This document shows positions 55,101-63,280 of a stretch of DNA of 64,000 bases, piece after piece (position 1 is the stretch's first letter; every line of letters starts with the position of its first letter). Location of the stretch: the NCBI GenBank assembly GCA_041687695.1, contig JAWLBL010000032.1, forward strand, positions 1 to 64,000, in the 5' to 3' direction. The stretch is from Myxococcota bacterium. GTDB lineage: Bacteria > Myxococcota_A > UBA9042 > PHBI01 > JAWLBL01. Under the pieces are notes generated by a model. It was given only the letters and a program-made list of their open reading frames with translations. It made no database searches and was not told the origin of the DNA. A program made the position numbers and the translations under genes.

Positions 55101-55776
55101 CGTCGTTGTCGTCGTGGAAGAAGTCCCAGCCGCTGACGTCGTCGGTGTAGCCGTTGCCGTCGTCGTCGACGCCGTCCGAGCACTTCAGGATGAGGTCCTG
55201 GGGCTCGAACATGCCGTTGCCGTTCACGTCCCAGTCCGGGTGGGCGGCCAGGAAGGCGTCGTCGGCCTGGCGGTGCTGGGCGATGAGGGTCGCGTCGCCG
55301 GGGTCGGCCGGCCAGTAGCGCGCCAGGTAGTCGCGGATGTCGAACCAGCCGCTGCCGTCGACGTCGAAGTCCGTCGCGCCGGGCGGCGGGTCGTCGAGGG
55401 GCTCGGGCTTGCAGCCGGCCAGCTCGCCCGCGTTCAGGTAGTACTTGGCGACGAGGTCCTCGTTGTCCCAGTAGGCGCCCGAGTCCAGGACGGCGACGAT
55501 GACGCGGCGGTCGCCGGTGGTGACCTGCCAGGCGCGGTCGGCGTGGATGCCGGTGCCCAGGGCGATCTCCTCGGTGCGGAACCCCGGCGTGTCGGTCCAG
55601 GCCTCGGGCACGTACGACCATAGGTTCCACTGACCGCCGTAGCCGGGATCGTTGGGCGGCGCGAGGCGCGGATCCTCGTCCGGGGCGTTGGGCCAGGCGT
55701 GGGCGCCGGACGGAGCCAGCGCGATCGCCGACGCCGCGAGGGCGCCGAGCAGCGGGGTCAGCAGGCGGAGGCGCAT
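52189..55776 (-). CDS. S8-family (subtilase-like) protease with FG-GAP repeats and MYXO-CTERM anchor
   Basis: Signal peptide; VAVLDSG, GYTDDVSGWDF, GHG, ASAADE; several GDLDGDG repeats; C-terminal GGGC-TM-RRRR. Confidence 0.88.
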   Translation of the reverse strand: MRLRLLTPLLGALAASAIALAPSGAHAWPNAPDEDPRLAPPNDPGYGGQWNLWSYVPEAWTDTPGFRTEEIALGTGIHADRAWQVTTGDRRVIVAVLDSGAYWDNEDLVAKYYLNAGELAGCKPEPLDDPPPGATDFDVDGSGWFDIRDYLARYWPADPGDATLIAQHRQADDAFLAAHPDWDVNGNGMFEPQDLILKCSDGVDDDGNGYTDDVSGWDFFHDDNDAYDDNRFGHGNGEARDSVAEGNNGAGDIGVCPDCTALMVRVGDSFVADANDFGHGVIFGVDSGASVIQEALGSVNNTPFSKQAIDYAYDNNVVVIASAADELSYHHNFPGTNNHTVYVHAIQYDKASADQSTTFLNFNNCTNFGMQLLLSTPGLGCSSEATGITSGHAGLVYAAGLKANLDPPLSAEELKQILIMNVDDIDVNPLDDDPTKFPSGPGWDWHFGYGRNNARMTVDAVMEGRIPPEVDILTPSWFEVLYPDKTPTVDVTGRINVRRDGKPARYDEVTWVLEYALGVAPNDGFVEIAKGTTEGVEGTLASWDLTEIALDLDRKLEDPHQNAVTLRLRATGKLADGTAVTAEHRKGFLLERDPTLLPGFPIDLGGSGEASPVFANLDGDDDEELVVALADGTIHAFNADGSEAPGFPVKVDVRRSVSPSNATNVRNSCAFRTDKTGCIAQVGTVDVEVGQTLMFGPAVGDLDGDGTLEIVSATIDGWVYVYGNDGVLKEGWPQAIDWSLNTNKGKNFVTDSGFMAAPVLVDLDGQPGLEILVAAMDQHLYVWHANGEPMAPYPVRVGSKPAAELGDRIVCTPAVGDVDGDGDVEIAVGTSEAFGASDAQNEARVYLLDGKTGQILPGWPQPIYGLMVNVLPIVGRGVVSSPIMADLDYDGDLEISFDTISTQGWFFNHDGSIWKKMDNANYGAKSDSTDSPAYILMNNGAIGYIDPDGGLDFVKGTAGFNFALAFAGGGERGEFDHHLSGWDTDTGKMMVGFPRKHDDWQFFNTPTIVDIDNDRDPEVIVGSGGYLVRAWNYEGTEPEGWPKQTGGWIIASVAVGELDGDGKFEAAVTTRDGWLFAWNTEGETGSIFEWNGFGHDPHNTNNYETSPTPYKTWTGGGTKPQPDPEPDAGGQPDAGPTDDVGDDTTGPAETVGGDTAPEPKPKPKGGGCEGGDATPVAWLAALSLLALARRRRARA

Positions 55777-55961
55777 CGTGGCTCCCGGGTCGGGGGGGAC
55801 GGCCGACAATCAACAGGAAAGGCGCCCCTGGCGCAAGCCGACTTCCGCCCGATCCGGGAACAAACGCAACGTACGTTTCGTTCGGCGACGCCCGGCGGCG
55901 ACCGGACGACGGGCGGGGCGTCAGCCGTCGGCGGCCTGGACGATCGAAGCGGGGCCGCGCA

Positions 55962-55990
55962 TTGACGCGATGGGAGCCCGCCCCTATACA
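55962..55990 (+). promoter_or_regulatory. Sigma70-type promoter
   Basis: TTGACG-N17-TATACA upstream of the cyclophilin gene. Confidence 0.55.
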
Positions 55991-56028
55991 CCCCGCTCCA
56001 CCGAACCCGAACCGCGAGAGACCTACCG

Positions 56029-56592
56029 ATGTTCTCAGGCTCGAACCTCAAGCAGATCACGCCGCGCGAGACGGCCAGCGCCGTCTACGCCGACTTCCAG
56101 ACCAACCAGGGCTCGTTCCGCATCAAGCTGTTCCACGACAAGGCGCCCAAGACGGTCCAGAACTTCATCGACCTGGCCGAGGGCACGACCGAGTGGACGC
56201 ACCCGAAGACCGGGTCCAAGAAGAAGAACACGCCGTTCTACGACGGGATCGTCTTCCACCGGATCATCGAGGGCTTCATGATCCAGGGCGGCGACCCCAA
56301 GGGCGAGGGGACCGGCGGGCCCGGCTACAAGTTCGCCGACGAGTTCCACCCCGAGCTGCGCCACTCGAAGGCGGGCATCCTGTCGATGGCCAACGCCGGC
56401 CCGAACACCAACGGCTCGCAGTTCTTCATCACCCTCGACGCCACGCCGCACCTCGACAACCGCCACTCGGTCTTCGGCGAGGTCGTCGACGGGATGGACG
56501 TGGTCCGCAAGATCGGCAGCGTCGCGACCGGCCCGGGCGATCGCCCCAAGCAGCCGGTCGTCATCGAGAAGCTGACGATCGTCCGCGAGTAG
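56029..56592 (+). CDS. Cyclophilin-type peptidyl-prolyl cis-trans isomerase
   Basis: APKTVQNF, FHRIIEGFMIQGGDP, LSMANAGPNTNGSQFFIT, HLDNRHSVFG. Confidence 0.97.
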   Translation: MFSGSNLKQITPRETASAVYADFQTNQGSFRIKLFHDKAPKTVQNFIDLAEGTTEWTHPKTGSKKKNTPFYDGIVFHRIIEGFMIQGGDPKGEGTGGPGYKFADEFHPELRHSKAGILSMANAGPNTNGSQFFITLDATPHLDNRHSVFGEVVDGMDVVRKIGSVATGPGDRPKQPVVIEKLTIVRE

Positions 56593-56597
56593 CCGCA

Positions 56598-57248
56598 GTG
56601 TCCCCGGGTGAGCTCGCCGCCGCGTCGTCGCGCCGCCGGCCGTTCGTGGTCGGCGCGCTGCTCGCCCTGGCTTGGCTCGCCTGGGGCTGCGGGCCGCGCG
56701 CCAACGAGGGCGCCGACGCGCGCCCCGAGCCGGACGCCACCGACCGGCGCCCCGACGACCGCGGCGAGGTGCACTACCACGACACCCGCCTGCCGGTCGG
56801 GCCGTTCGTGGCCCACGAGGCGCGCATGGACCTGCACGTGGCCTGCCGCCTCAAGCGCGACGCGGCCCGCGCGGCCAAGCAGCCCGAGCCCCCGCTGTGT
56901 TACGGCGAGGTGACCGACCGCGTGGTGGCCACCGTGCGGGTCGAGCACCGGCCTGGGCTGTCCATGCCGGCCTTCATGCGGACGCTATCGGCGCGCGACG
57001 AGGGGGCCCACTTCGCCATCGAGCCGTCCGGCAGCCTCTACCAGCTGATGGATCTGCGCTTCGCCCCGCGCCGCGAGGGGGCGATTCGACCCGGCGAAGT
57101 CCGTATCCTAAGCGGCAATGCGGCGGTCCACGACCGCCTGGTCGAGGCGCTGCGGCGCCACTTCCCGGGGGTCGAGGTGCAGATCGTGCCGTTCGAGCCG
57201 CCGTCCTCGGCGCCCCCGTCCCCCACCCCCGGAGCGACGACCCCATGA
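56598..57248 (+). CDS. Hypothetical lipoprotein with a degenerate amidase_2-like segment
   Basis: GTG at 56598; lipobox AWG-C; GAHFAIEPSGSLYQLMDL. Confidence 0.6.
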   Translation: MSPGELAAASSRRRPFVVGALLALAWLAWGCGPRANEGADARPEPDATDRRPDDRGEVHYHDTRLPVGPFVAHEARMDLHVACRLKRDAARAAKQPEPPLCYGEVTDRVVATVRVEHRPGLSMPAFMRTLSARDEGAHFAIEPSGSLYQLMDLRFAPRREGAIRPGEVRILSGNAAVHDRLVEALRRHFPGVEVQIVPFEPPSSAPPSPTPGATTP

Positions 57249-57766
57249 CCCCGATCCGCTCCATCCTCGTGGCCCTGGCCCTGGGCGTCGGCGCCTGCGA
57301 CGCCTCGACCGTCGCGCCGACCGGCGAGGATCCCTTCCCCGCGGCGACCGTCAACGACTGTGAAGGCCAGCCGGTCGACCTCCGCGCCTACATCGCCGAG
57401 CACGACGTCACGTACGTGACCTTCGGCGCCAAGTGGTGCACGGCCTGTCAGAAGGAGGCGCCGATCATCAACAGCCAGGTCGTCGACGCGTTCGCGGACC
57501 AGTCGGTCGGGGCCGTTCAGATCCTCATCGAGAGCGACCCGGGCGAGGCCCCGCCCCAGGCCTTGTGCGGTGCCTGGCGCGACGAGCTCGGCGCGCGCTT
57601 CGACATCGTCGTCGACGTCGAGCAGGTGACGCTCGAGCCCTTCTTCGGCACCGGCGTGTCGACCCTCCCGCTCCACCTCGTCGTCACGCGGGACGGCCAG
57701 ATCCGCCACCGGAACCTGGGCGACATCCCCGCCAACCTGACCACCCTCATCTCGGACTGGCTGTAG
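57245..57766 (+). CDS. TlpA-like thioredoxin-fold lipoprotein
   Basis: Lipobox VGA-C; AKWCTACQKEAP; LP---VV-RDG. Confidence 0.88.
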   Translation: MTPIRSILVALALGVGACDASTVAPTGEDPFPAATVNDCEGQPVDLRAYIAEHDVTYVTFGAKWCTACQKEAPIINSQVVDAFADQSVGAVQILIESDPGEAPPQALCGAWRDELGARFDIVVDVEQVTLEPFFGTGVSTLPLHLVVTRDGQIRHRNLGDIPANLTTLISDWL

Positions 57767-57771
57767 ACCCC

Positions 57772-58683
57772 ATGGCCTCGCCCCGCCCCGACCAGTCGAT
57801 CCTCGTCCTCGGCTGCGGCTTCACCGGCCTCGTCCTGGCGCAGCGCCTCGCCTTCAAGGGCCGCCCCGTCTTCGGCACCACCCGCAGCGAGGCCCAGGCG
57901 AACGTCATCCGCACCCGCGGCGCCGAGCCCGTCCTGTGGGACGCCTCGGATCTCGGCCCGCTCGACAAGCTCCGCGGCCGCGTCGGCGCCGTCGTCAGCC
58001 TGGTCCCCCCCACGATGACCGCCGACGGCTTCGACGACCCGCACGCGCGCCTGCTCGAGCTGTTCGCCGACCAGCCCCTCGCCGCCTTCGTCTACGTCTC
58101 GTCCACCAGCGTCTGGGGCGACCACGGCGGCGCCGTCGTGACCGAGGCGACGCCCGCCGACCCCGACAGCCCACGCGGCGAGGCCCGCCTGGCCATCGAG
58201 CGCCAGATCCTGGCCAGCGGGCTGCCCGCCATGGTCGTCCGCCCGTCCGGCATCTACGGCCCGGGCCGCTCGCAGCTGCACCGCATCGCCCGCGGCGACT
58301 ACAAGCTGGTCGGCGACGGGCAGGCCATCAGCAACCGCGTCCACGTCCGCGATCTCGTCGCCATCCTCGAGGCCGCCATCGAGCGCGGCACCCCGGGCTC
58401 GGTCTACCTGGCCACCGACCAACGCCCCGCCTCGCAGCGCGAGGTGGTCGACCACATCGTCTCGACCTACGGCCTGCCGGCGCCGCCGGCCATGTCGCTC
58501 GACGAGGCGCGGGTCCGCCTGTCCAAGGACGCCTTCCGCATGATCACCGGGTCCAAGCGCCTCGACCCGACCGCCACGCTCGACGCCCTGCGCGTCCGCC
58601 TGCGCTACCCGGACTACCAGAGCGGCCTCGCCGCCATCTGGCAGCAGGAGGCCGCCGAGCTCCGAGGCCTGCCGACGCGATGA
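57772..58683 (+). CDS. NAD-dependent epimerase/dehydratase (atypical SDR, YeeZ-like)
   Basis: GCGFTG, YVSSTSVWGD, R-SGIYGPGR, NRVHVRD, LRYPDY. Confidence 0.9.
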   Translation: MASPRPDQSILVLGCGFTGLVLAQRLAFKGRPVFGTTRSEAQANVIRTRGAEPVLWDASDLGPLDKLRGRVGAVVSLVPPTMTADGFDDPHARLLELFADQPLAAFVYVSSTSVWGDHGGAVVTEATPADPDSPRGEARLAIERQILASGLPAMVVRPSGIYGPGRSQLHRIARGDYKLVGDGQAISNRVHVRDLVAILEAAIERGTPGSVYLATDQRPASQREVVDHIVSTYGLPAPPAMSLDEARVRLSKDAFRMITGSKRLDPTATLDALRVRLRYPDYQSGLAAIWQQEAAELRGLPTR

Positions 58684-61052
58684 CGCCTGCGCCGCCCTCG
58701 CTCCAAGCCTGGTCGGCCCGCCCCCGCTGGCAGCGAGTGCTGTACTGGGCGGCGGTGGCGCTGGTCTTCGCCGCCTTCCTGGCCGCCTGCCTGCACGCCA
58801 TCGCCAACGTCTGGCAGTGGGGCCACAACGGCTTCAACGGCGCCGCCTTCTCGCAGGCCGCCCGCAACTCCCTGCGCTTCGACATGGTCGCGCAGGCCCA
58901 GTACTACTTCGACCTCGCGCCGCCGGCCCCAGAGCGCTTCTACACCCACCACCCGATGCTGCTGCACTTCCACCTGATGGGCAGCTACGCGCTCTTCGGC
59001 GACCACGAGTGGGCCGGCCGGCTGGTCCCCGCGCTCTACAGCTTCGGCGCCCTGGTCATGCTGTTCCTCGTGACGCGCCGCTTCCTCGGCCACGCCGTCG
59101 CCCTGATCGCCATCGCCCTGTGGGCGCTCACGCCCATCAACCTCATCTTCGCCAACATGATCAACCACGAGCAGGGCTCGCTCTTCTGGTGCCTCGCCTT
59201 CGTGGGCGCCTACCTCGCCTGGCTCGACACCGCGCGCACCCGCTGGCTCGTCGCCGCCTGCGCCGCCACCACGATGGCCGTGCAGTTCGACTGGCCGGGT
59301 TACTACATCGCCTTCTTCGTCGCCGTGCACGCCCTCTCCGTCGGCCTACGCCGCGTCCCGGGCCTGCTGCGCTGGCGCCGCGAGTACACCTTCGTCGTCG
59401 TCTACTCGGTCGTCGTGCTGGCCAACTTCATCGGCTTCTTCGGCTGGATCGCCAGCGTCCGCGGCGATCTGCAGGAGATGGGGCACGCCTTCCTCTGGCG
59501 CGCCGCCGGCTTCGACGGCTACCTGGGCCTGCTCTGGATGCGCAGCCAGGATCTGCACGGCAACCTCCTGCTGGTCCTGCTCGCCCTCTGGGTCGCCTGG
59601 TACGCCGTCCGCCTGCCGCGCGGCCGCACCCGCCGCGGCGAGCTGGTCCCGCTGTTCTTCCTGCTGGCCCAGCTCATCCACAGCGCCGTCTTCAGCTCGG
59701 CCGGCGCCATCCACGCCTACTGGGTCTGGCACCTCAGCCCCGCCCTCGCCGTCGGCGGCGCCGTCGTCGCCGTCGACGCCGCGCGCTGGGCCCTGCCGCG
59801 CTTTCGCGCCCTGGTCGCCGACCTGGGCGCCCACCACGCCCGCCGCCTCGCCGCCGCCCTCGCCGTCGTCGTCGCCCTGCCGCTGCTCCACCACCAGACG
59901 GCCTTCGCCTGGGATCGCCTCCGCTGGGGCTTCCAGACCGGCAGCGCCTCCTACGTCTACCCCTACGACGACCAATACCTGCAGATCCAATGGGCCCGCG
60001 ACCTCGCCCGCCGCTACCACCGCGAGGACACGCGCTTCCTGGTCCACCCCTCGCTCTCCGAGCGCATCGAGTTCCGCTGGTACCTCGACACCCCCATCCG
60101 CGAGCACTACGCCCTGGCCTTCGCGACCTCGGACCTCGAGGGGCCCCGCCCGGTGCTGCTGCTCGATCTCCGGAACATGGGCGCCTCGACGTCCCTGAGC
60201 CTGCTGGTCGAGCGCTACGGCGCGACCGTGTGGGCCGGCCGCTTCGTCGCCATCGACCCCCTGGCCGCCCGCAAGGGCAGACCCGAGCTGGTGTCGTACG
60301 CCGCGCGCCGCCAGCCGGCCGGCTGGACCTGGCGCTGGCTCGTCAACCCCGACCGCCCGCCCATCACCTGGGTCTCCGAGCCGGTCCCCGAGACCGTCCG
60401 CGAGCTGCTGCTCCCCGGCGACGTGACCCCGTGGCGGGGCCTCGCCGGCGGCCCCCGCGGCGCCCCGCGCCAGTTCACCTGCCCCGAAGGCCAGGTCGTC
60501 GCCGAGCTGTCGGTGCGCGTCGGCTCTCTGCAGGCCGATCGCGTCGTCGGCGCCGTGCAGCCGCGCTGCCGGGGTATCGAGCGCCCCAGGGAGGCGCCCC
60601 GCGATGCCCCCGTCCAGCCCGCCGCCCTGGCCGACGTGATCCCCGGCCCCTGGTTCGGCGGCCGCAGCCACCAGGGCGACCTGAAGCTGGCCTGTCGCGC
60701 GAGCGAGCTGCCGGTGGGCCTGCACGGCCGCTCGGGGCTGTACGTCGACGCCCTGGGGCTGCTCTGCATGACCCGCGGCGCGCTGCGCGCCCAGCGTCCC
60801 CCCGACCCGGCCGCCGACGGCCAGCCGCCCGCCCGCCCCCGGCAGCCGGCGCACGCCCGCGCCACCCGCACCGAAGGCGGCCCCCTGGGCCGGCCCTTCG
60901 ATCTGCAGTGCCCGCCCGGCGCGGTCCTGACCGGCGTCCGCCTGCGCAGCGGGGCCGTGGTCGACGCCGTCGGCATCGAGTGCAAGCCCTTGGCCGAGAC
61001 CTATGCTAAGGGACAGCGCCCGACCCCGCCGCCCGAAGGCCCCTCCCCATGA
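58680..61052 (+). CDS. ArnT/PMT-like GT-C glycosyltransferase fused to three C-terminal jacalin-like repeats
   Basis: YTHHP, FGDHEWAGRL, many TMs; three GG...C----V-G-----G--VD----C repeats. Confidence 0.82.
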   Translation: MTPAPPSLQAWSARPRWQRVLYWAAVALVFAAFLAACLHAIANVWQWGHNGFNGAAFSQAARNSLRFDMVAQAQYYFDLAPPAPERFYTHHPMLLHFHLMGSYALFGDHEWAGRLVPALYSFGALVMLFLVTRRFLGHAVALIAIALWALTPINLIFANMINHEQGSLFWCLAFVGAYLAWLDTARTRWLVAACAATTMAVQFDWPGYYIAFFVAVHALSVGLRRVPGLLRWRREYTFVVVYSVVVLANFIGFFGWIASVRGDLQEMGHAFLWRAAGFDGYLGLLWMRSQDLHGNLLLVLLALWVAWYAVRLPRGRTRRGELVPLFFLLAQLIHSAVFSSAGAIHAYWVWHLSPALAVGGAVVAVDAARWALPRFRALVADLGAHHARRLAAALAVVVALPLLHHQTAFAWDRLRWGFQTGSASYVYPYDDQYLQIQWARDLARRYHREDTRFLVHPSLSERIEFRWYLDTPIREHYALAFATSDLEGPRPVLLLDLRNMGASTSLSLLVERYGATVWAGRFVAIDPLAARKGRPELVSYAARRQPAGWTWRWLVNPDRPPITWVSEPVPETVRELLLPGDVTPWRGLAGGPRGAPRQFTCPEGQVVAELSVRVGSLQADRVVGAVQPRCRGIERPREAPRDAPVQPAALADVIPGPWFGGRSHQGDLKLACRASELPVGLHGRSGLYVDALGLLCMTRGALRAQRPPDPAADGQPPARPRQPAHARATRTEGGPLGRPFDLQCPPGAVLTGVRLRSGAVVDAVGIECKPLAETYAKGQRPTPPPEGPSP

Positions 61053-61831
61053 ACGCGCGCTCCGCCGCCGCCGGCGGCCCCGACATCTCCATCGTCATCC
61101 CGGCCTACAACGAGGCGCGTCGCCTGCCCGCCACCCTCGAGGCCGTCACCGCCTGGTTGGACGGCAGCGCCCTGGGCGCCCGCGCCGAGCTGGTCGTGGT
61201 CGACGACGGCAGCGCCGACGCTACCGCCCAGGTCATCACCCAGGCCGCCACCGCCCACTCGCGCGTCCGCGCCGTGGTCCGGCCCGACAACCGCGGCAAG
61301 GGCGCCGCCGTCCGCGAGGGGGTGCGCCAGGCCGCCGGCCGCGTCGTCGTCTTCTTCGACGCCGACCTGCCGTACCCGCTCGACACCATCGACGAGGCCT
61401 GGCGCCGCCTCGAGGCCGGGGCGCAGGTCGTCCTCGGCGCCCGCGATCTCTCCGGGGCCCAGGGCCTGCAGCAGTACTCGCCGCTGCGCAAGGCCGCCAC
61501 GCGCGCCTTCAACCTGCTGGTCGAGCAGGCGCTCGACCTCGGCATCCCCGACACTCAGTGCGGCTTCAAGGCCTTCACCGCCGAGGTCGCCCGCCCGCTG
61601 TTCGAGGCCCTCACCATCGAGCGCTTCGGCTTCGACGTCGAGCTGCTCTTCCTGGCCCGCCGCTGGGACCTGCGCCTCGAGCGCGTCCCGGTCCGCATGG
61701 CCCACGGCGGCGACAGCTCCGTCCGCGTCGTCCGCGACAGCCTGCAGATGGCCCGCGACGTCCTGCACATCCGCGCCCGCGCCCGCCGCGGCGCCTACCC
61801 GACCCGTGAGGTCGCCCTCCAGACCCCCTGA
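61049..61831 (+). CDS. GT2 polyprenol-phosphate glycosyltransferase (dolichyl-P-Glc synthase-like)
   Basis: SIVIPAYNE, VDDGS-D, NRGKGAAV, DAD, DTQCGFK, FGFDVELL. Confidence 0.93.
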   Translation: MNARSAAAGGPDISIVIPAYNEARRLPATLEAVTAWLDGSALGARAELVVVDDGSADATAQVITQAATAHSRVRAVVRPDNRGKGAAVREGVRQAAGRVVVFFDADLPYPLDTIDEAWRRLEAGAQVVLGARDLSGAQGLQQYSPLRKAATRAFNLLVEQALDLGIPDTQCGFKAFTAEVARPLFEALTIERFGFDVELLFLARRWDLRLERVPVRMAHGGDSSVRVVRDSLQMARDVLHIRARARRGAYPTREVALQTP

Positions 61832-61848
61832 CCGCCTCCGGAACCGCC

Positions 61849-62601
61849 ATGCTCCGCCTCCTCCTCGTCCTCTCGCTCCTGCCCCTGGCCGCCTGCGGCG
61901 ACGACGCCACGTCCTCGGGCGCCGACGTCGCGCCGGACGCCCCGGCCGACGTCGCCGACGCCCACCAGGACGCCACCGAGGACTCGTCGGACGCGCCCGA
62001 GCCGCCGAGTGACGCATCCGAAGACTCGTCGGACGCGCCCGAGCCGCCGAGTGACGCATCCGGAGACTCGTCGGACGCGCCCGAGCCGCCGAGTGACACG
62101 TCCGGAGACTCGTCGGACGCGCCCGAGCCGCCGAGTGACACGTCCGGAGACTCGTCGGACGCGCCCGAGCCGCCGAGTGACGCGTCCGGAGACTCGTCGG
62201 ACGCGCCCGAGCCGCCGAGTGACGCATCCGGAGACTCGTCGGACGCGCCCGAGCCGCCGAGTGACGCATCCGGAGACTCAGCCACCAGCGCCGACGCCGT
62301 CGTCGAGGCCGACGCCGACCCCGGCCCGGCCCCCATCACCACCAAGACCCCGTGCGCCAGCAACTACGACTGCAAGGCCACCTACTGCTCGGGCTGGATC
62401 TGCAACGATCTCACCAAGCTCTGCGAGAACGTCTGGGGCGCCGCCGACTGCTGCAGCGACGCCGACGAGTGCGACGACGGCAACCCCTGCACCAAGGACA
62501 CCTGCTACAAGGCGCTCGGCGCCTGCATCCACAACGCCATCGAGTGCCCGGACGGCGAGACCTGCGACCCCTGGACCGGCGCCTGCGTGTCCGCGCCTTG
62601 A
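61849..62601 (+). CDS. Lipoprotein with Ser/Asp/Pro repeats and a Cys-rich C-terminal domain
   Basis: Lipobox LAA-C; 7x DSSDAPEPPSD(A/T)S(G/E); CDDGNPCTKDTC. Confidence 0.85.
   Translation: MLRLLLVLSLLPLAACGDDATSSGADVAPDAPADVADAHQDATEDSSDAPEPPSDASEDSSDAPEPPSDASGDSSDAPEPPSDTSGDSSDAPEPPSDTSGDSSDAPEPPSDASGDSSDAPEPPSDASGDSSDAPEPPSDASGDSATSADAVVEADADPGPAPITTKTPCASNYDCKATYCSGWICNDLTKLCENVWGAADCCSDADECDDGNPCTKDTCYKALGACIHNAIECPDGETCDPWTGACVSAP
61981..62279 (+). repeat. 42-bp in-frame coding tandem repeat (7 copies)
   Basis: GACTCGTCGGACGCGCCCGAGCCGCCGAGTGAC(G/A)C(A/G)TCCG(G/A)A. Confidence 0.95.
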
Positions 62602-62624
62602 ACTTTTCTCCCTCGCCTCGCGTT
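62599..62624 (+). promoter_or_regulatory. ECF-type promoter candidate (autoregulatory)
   Basis: TGAACT-N16-CGTT upstream of the ECF gene. Confidence 0.5.
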
Positions 62625-62695
62625 TCCAACCGTGCGACGCCGCCGAGCCGCCCCCCAGCCGCCGGCGACGCGCCCATCCCCTCAAGGAGTCTCGT

Positions 62696-63280
62696 TTGGT
62701 GGTCTGGTCCGGCGCCAGGAAGAGAGCCCAGATCGAACGCGAGTTCATGGCCCACGTGTTCGTGCACGCCGAGGGGCTCTACCGCTACGCGCTGCGCCTG
62801 ACCGGCCAGCCGCAGTCGGCCGAGGACCTCGTGCAGGACGCGCTGGCTCGGGCCTTCGACGCCTTCGAGCGGCTGCGTCCGAACACCAACCATCGCGCCT
62901 GGGTGTTCACCATCCTGCGCAACGCGTTCATCTCGACCCAGCGTCGCCTCGGGCGCGAGCAAGAGCTCGAGGACCCGACGATCCTGCCCGACGACGACGC
63001 GCCGACGGCGCTCGATCGGCTGGCCCACGCGGGCGACGGCTACCGCCACGGGTTCGAGGACGAGGTGCTGGCCGCCCTACAGGCGCTGTCCGAGCAGCAG
63101 CGCACGGCGGTCGTCCTGTGTGACGTCGAGGGGATGAGCTACGAGGACATCGCCGCGGTCATGGCCTGCCCGGTGGGCACCGTCCGCAGCCGCATCCACC
63201 ACGCGCGGCGCCGCCTGCGCGAGGTGCTCGACGCCTACGCCCGCGGCAAGGGCTACGGGAGGCTCGATGAAGCCGTGTGA
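62696..63280 (+). CDS. ECF sigma-70 factor (SigR/SigH-like)
   Basis: AAGGAG then TTG 62696 / GTG 62699; LYRYALRLT..AEDLVQD, RAWVFTILRN, GMSYEDIA..GTVRSRIHHAR. Confidence 0.93.
   Translation: MVVWSGARKRAQIEREFMAHVFVHAEGLYRYALRLTGQPQSAEDLVQDALARAFDAFERLRPNTNHRAWVFTILRNAFISTQRRLGREQELEDPTILPDDDAPTALDRLAHAGDGYRHGFEDEVLAALQALSEQQRTAVVLCDVEGMSYEDIAAVMACPVGTVRSRIHHARRRLREVLDAYARGKGYGRLDEAV

Noticed and set aside
61981..62279. 42-bp repeat as CRISPR or non-coding element
   Set aside because: In-frame 14-aa coding repeat inside a lipoprotein; no spacers.
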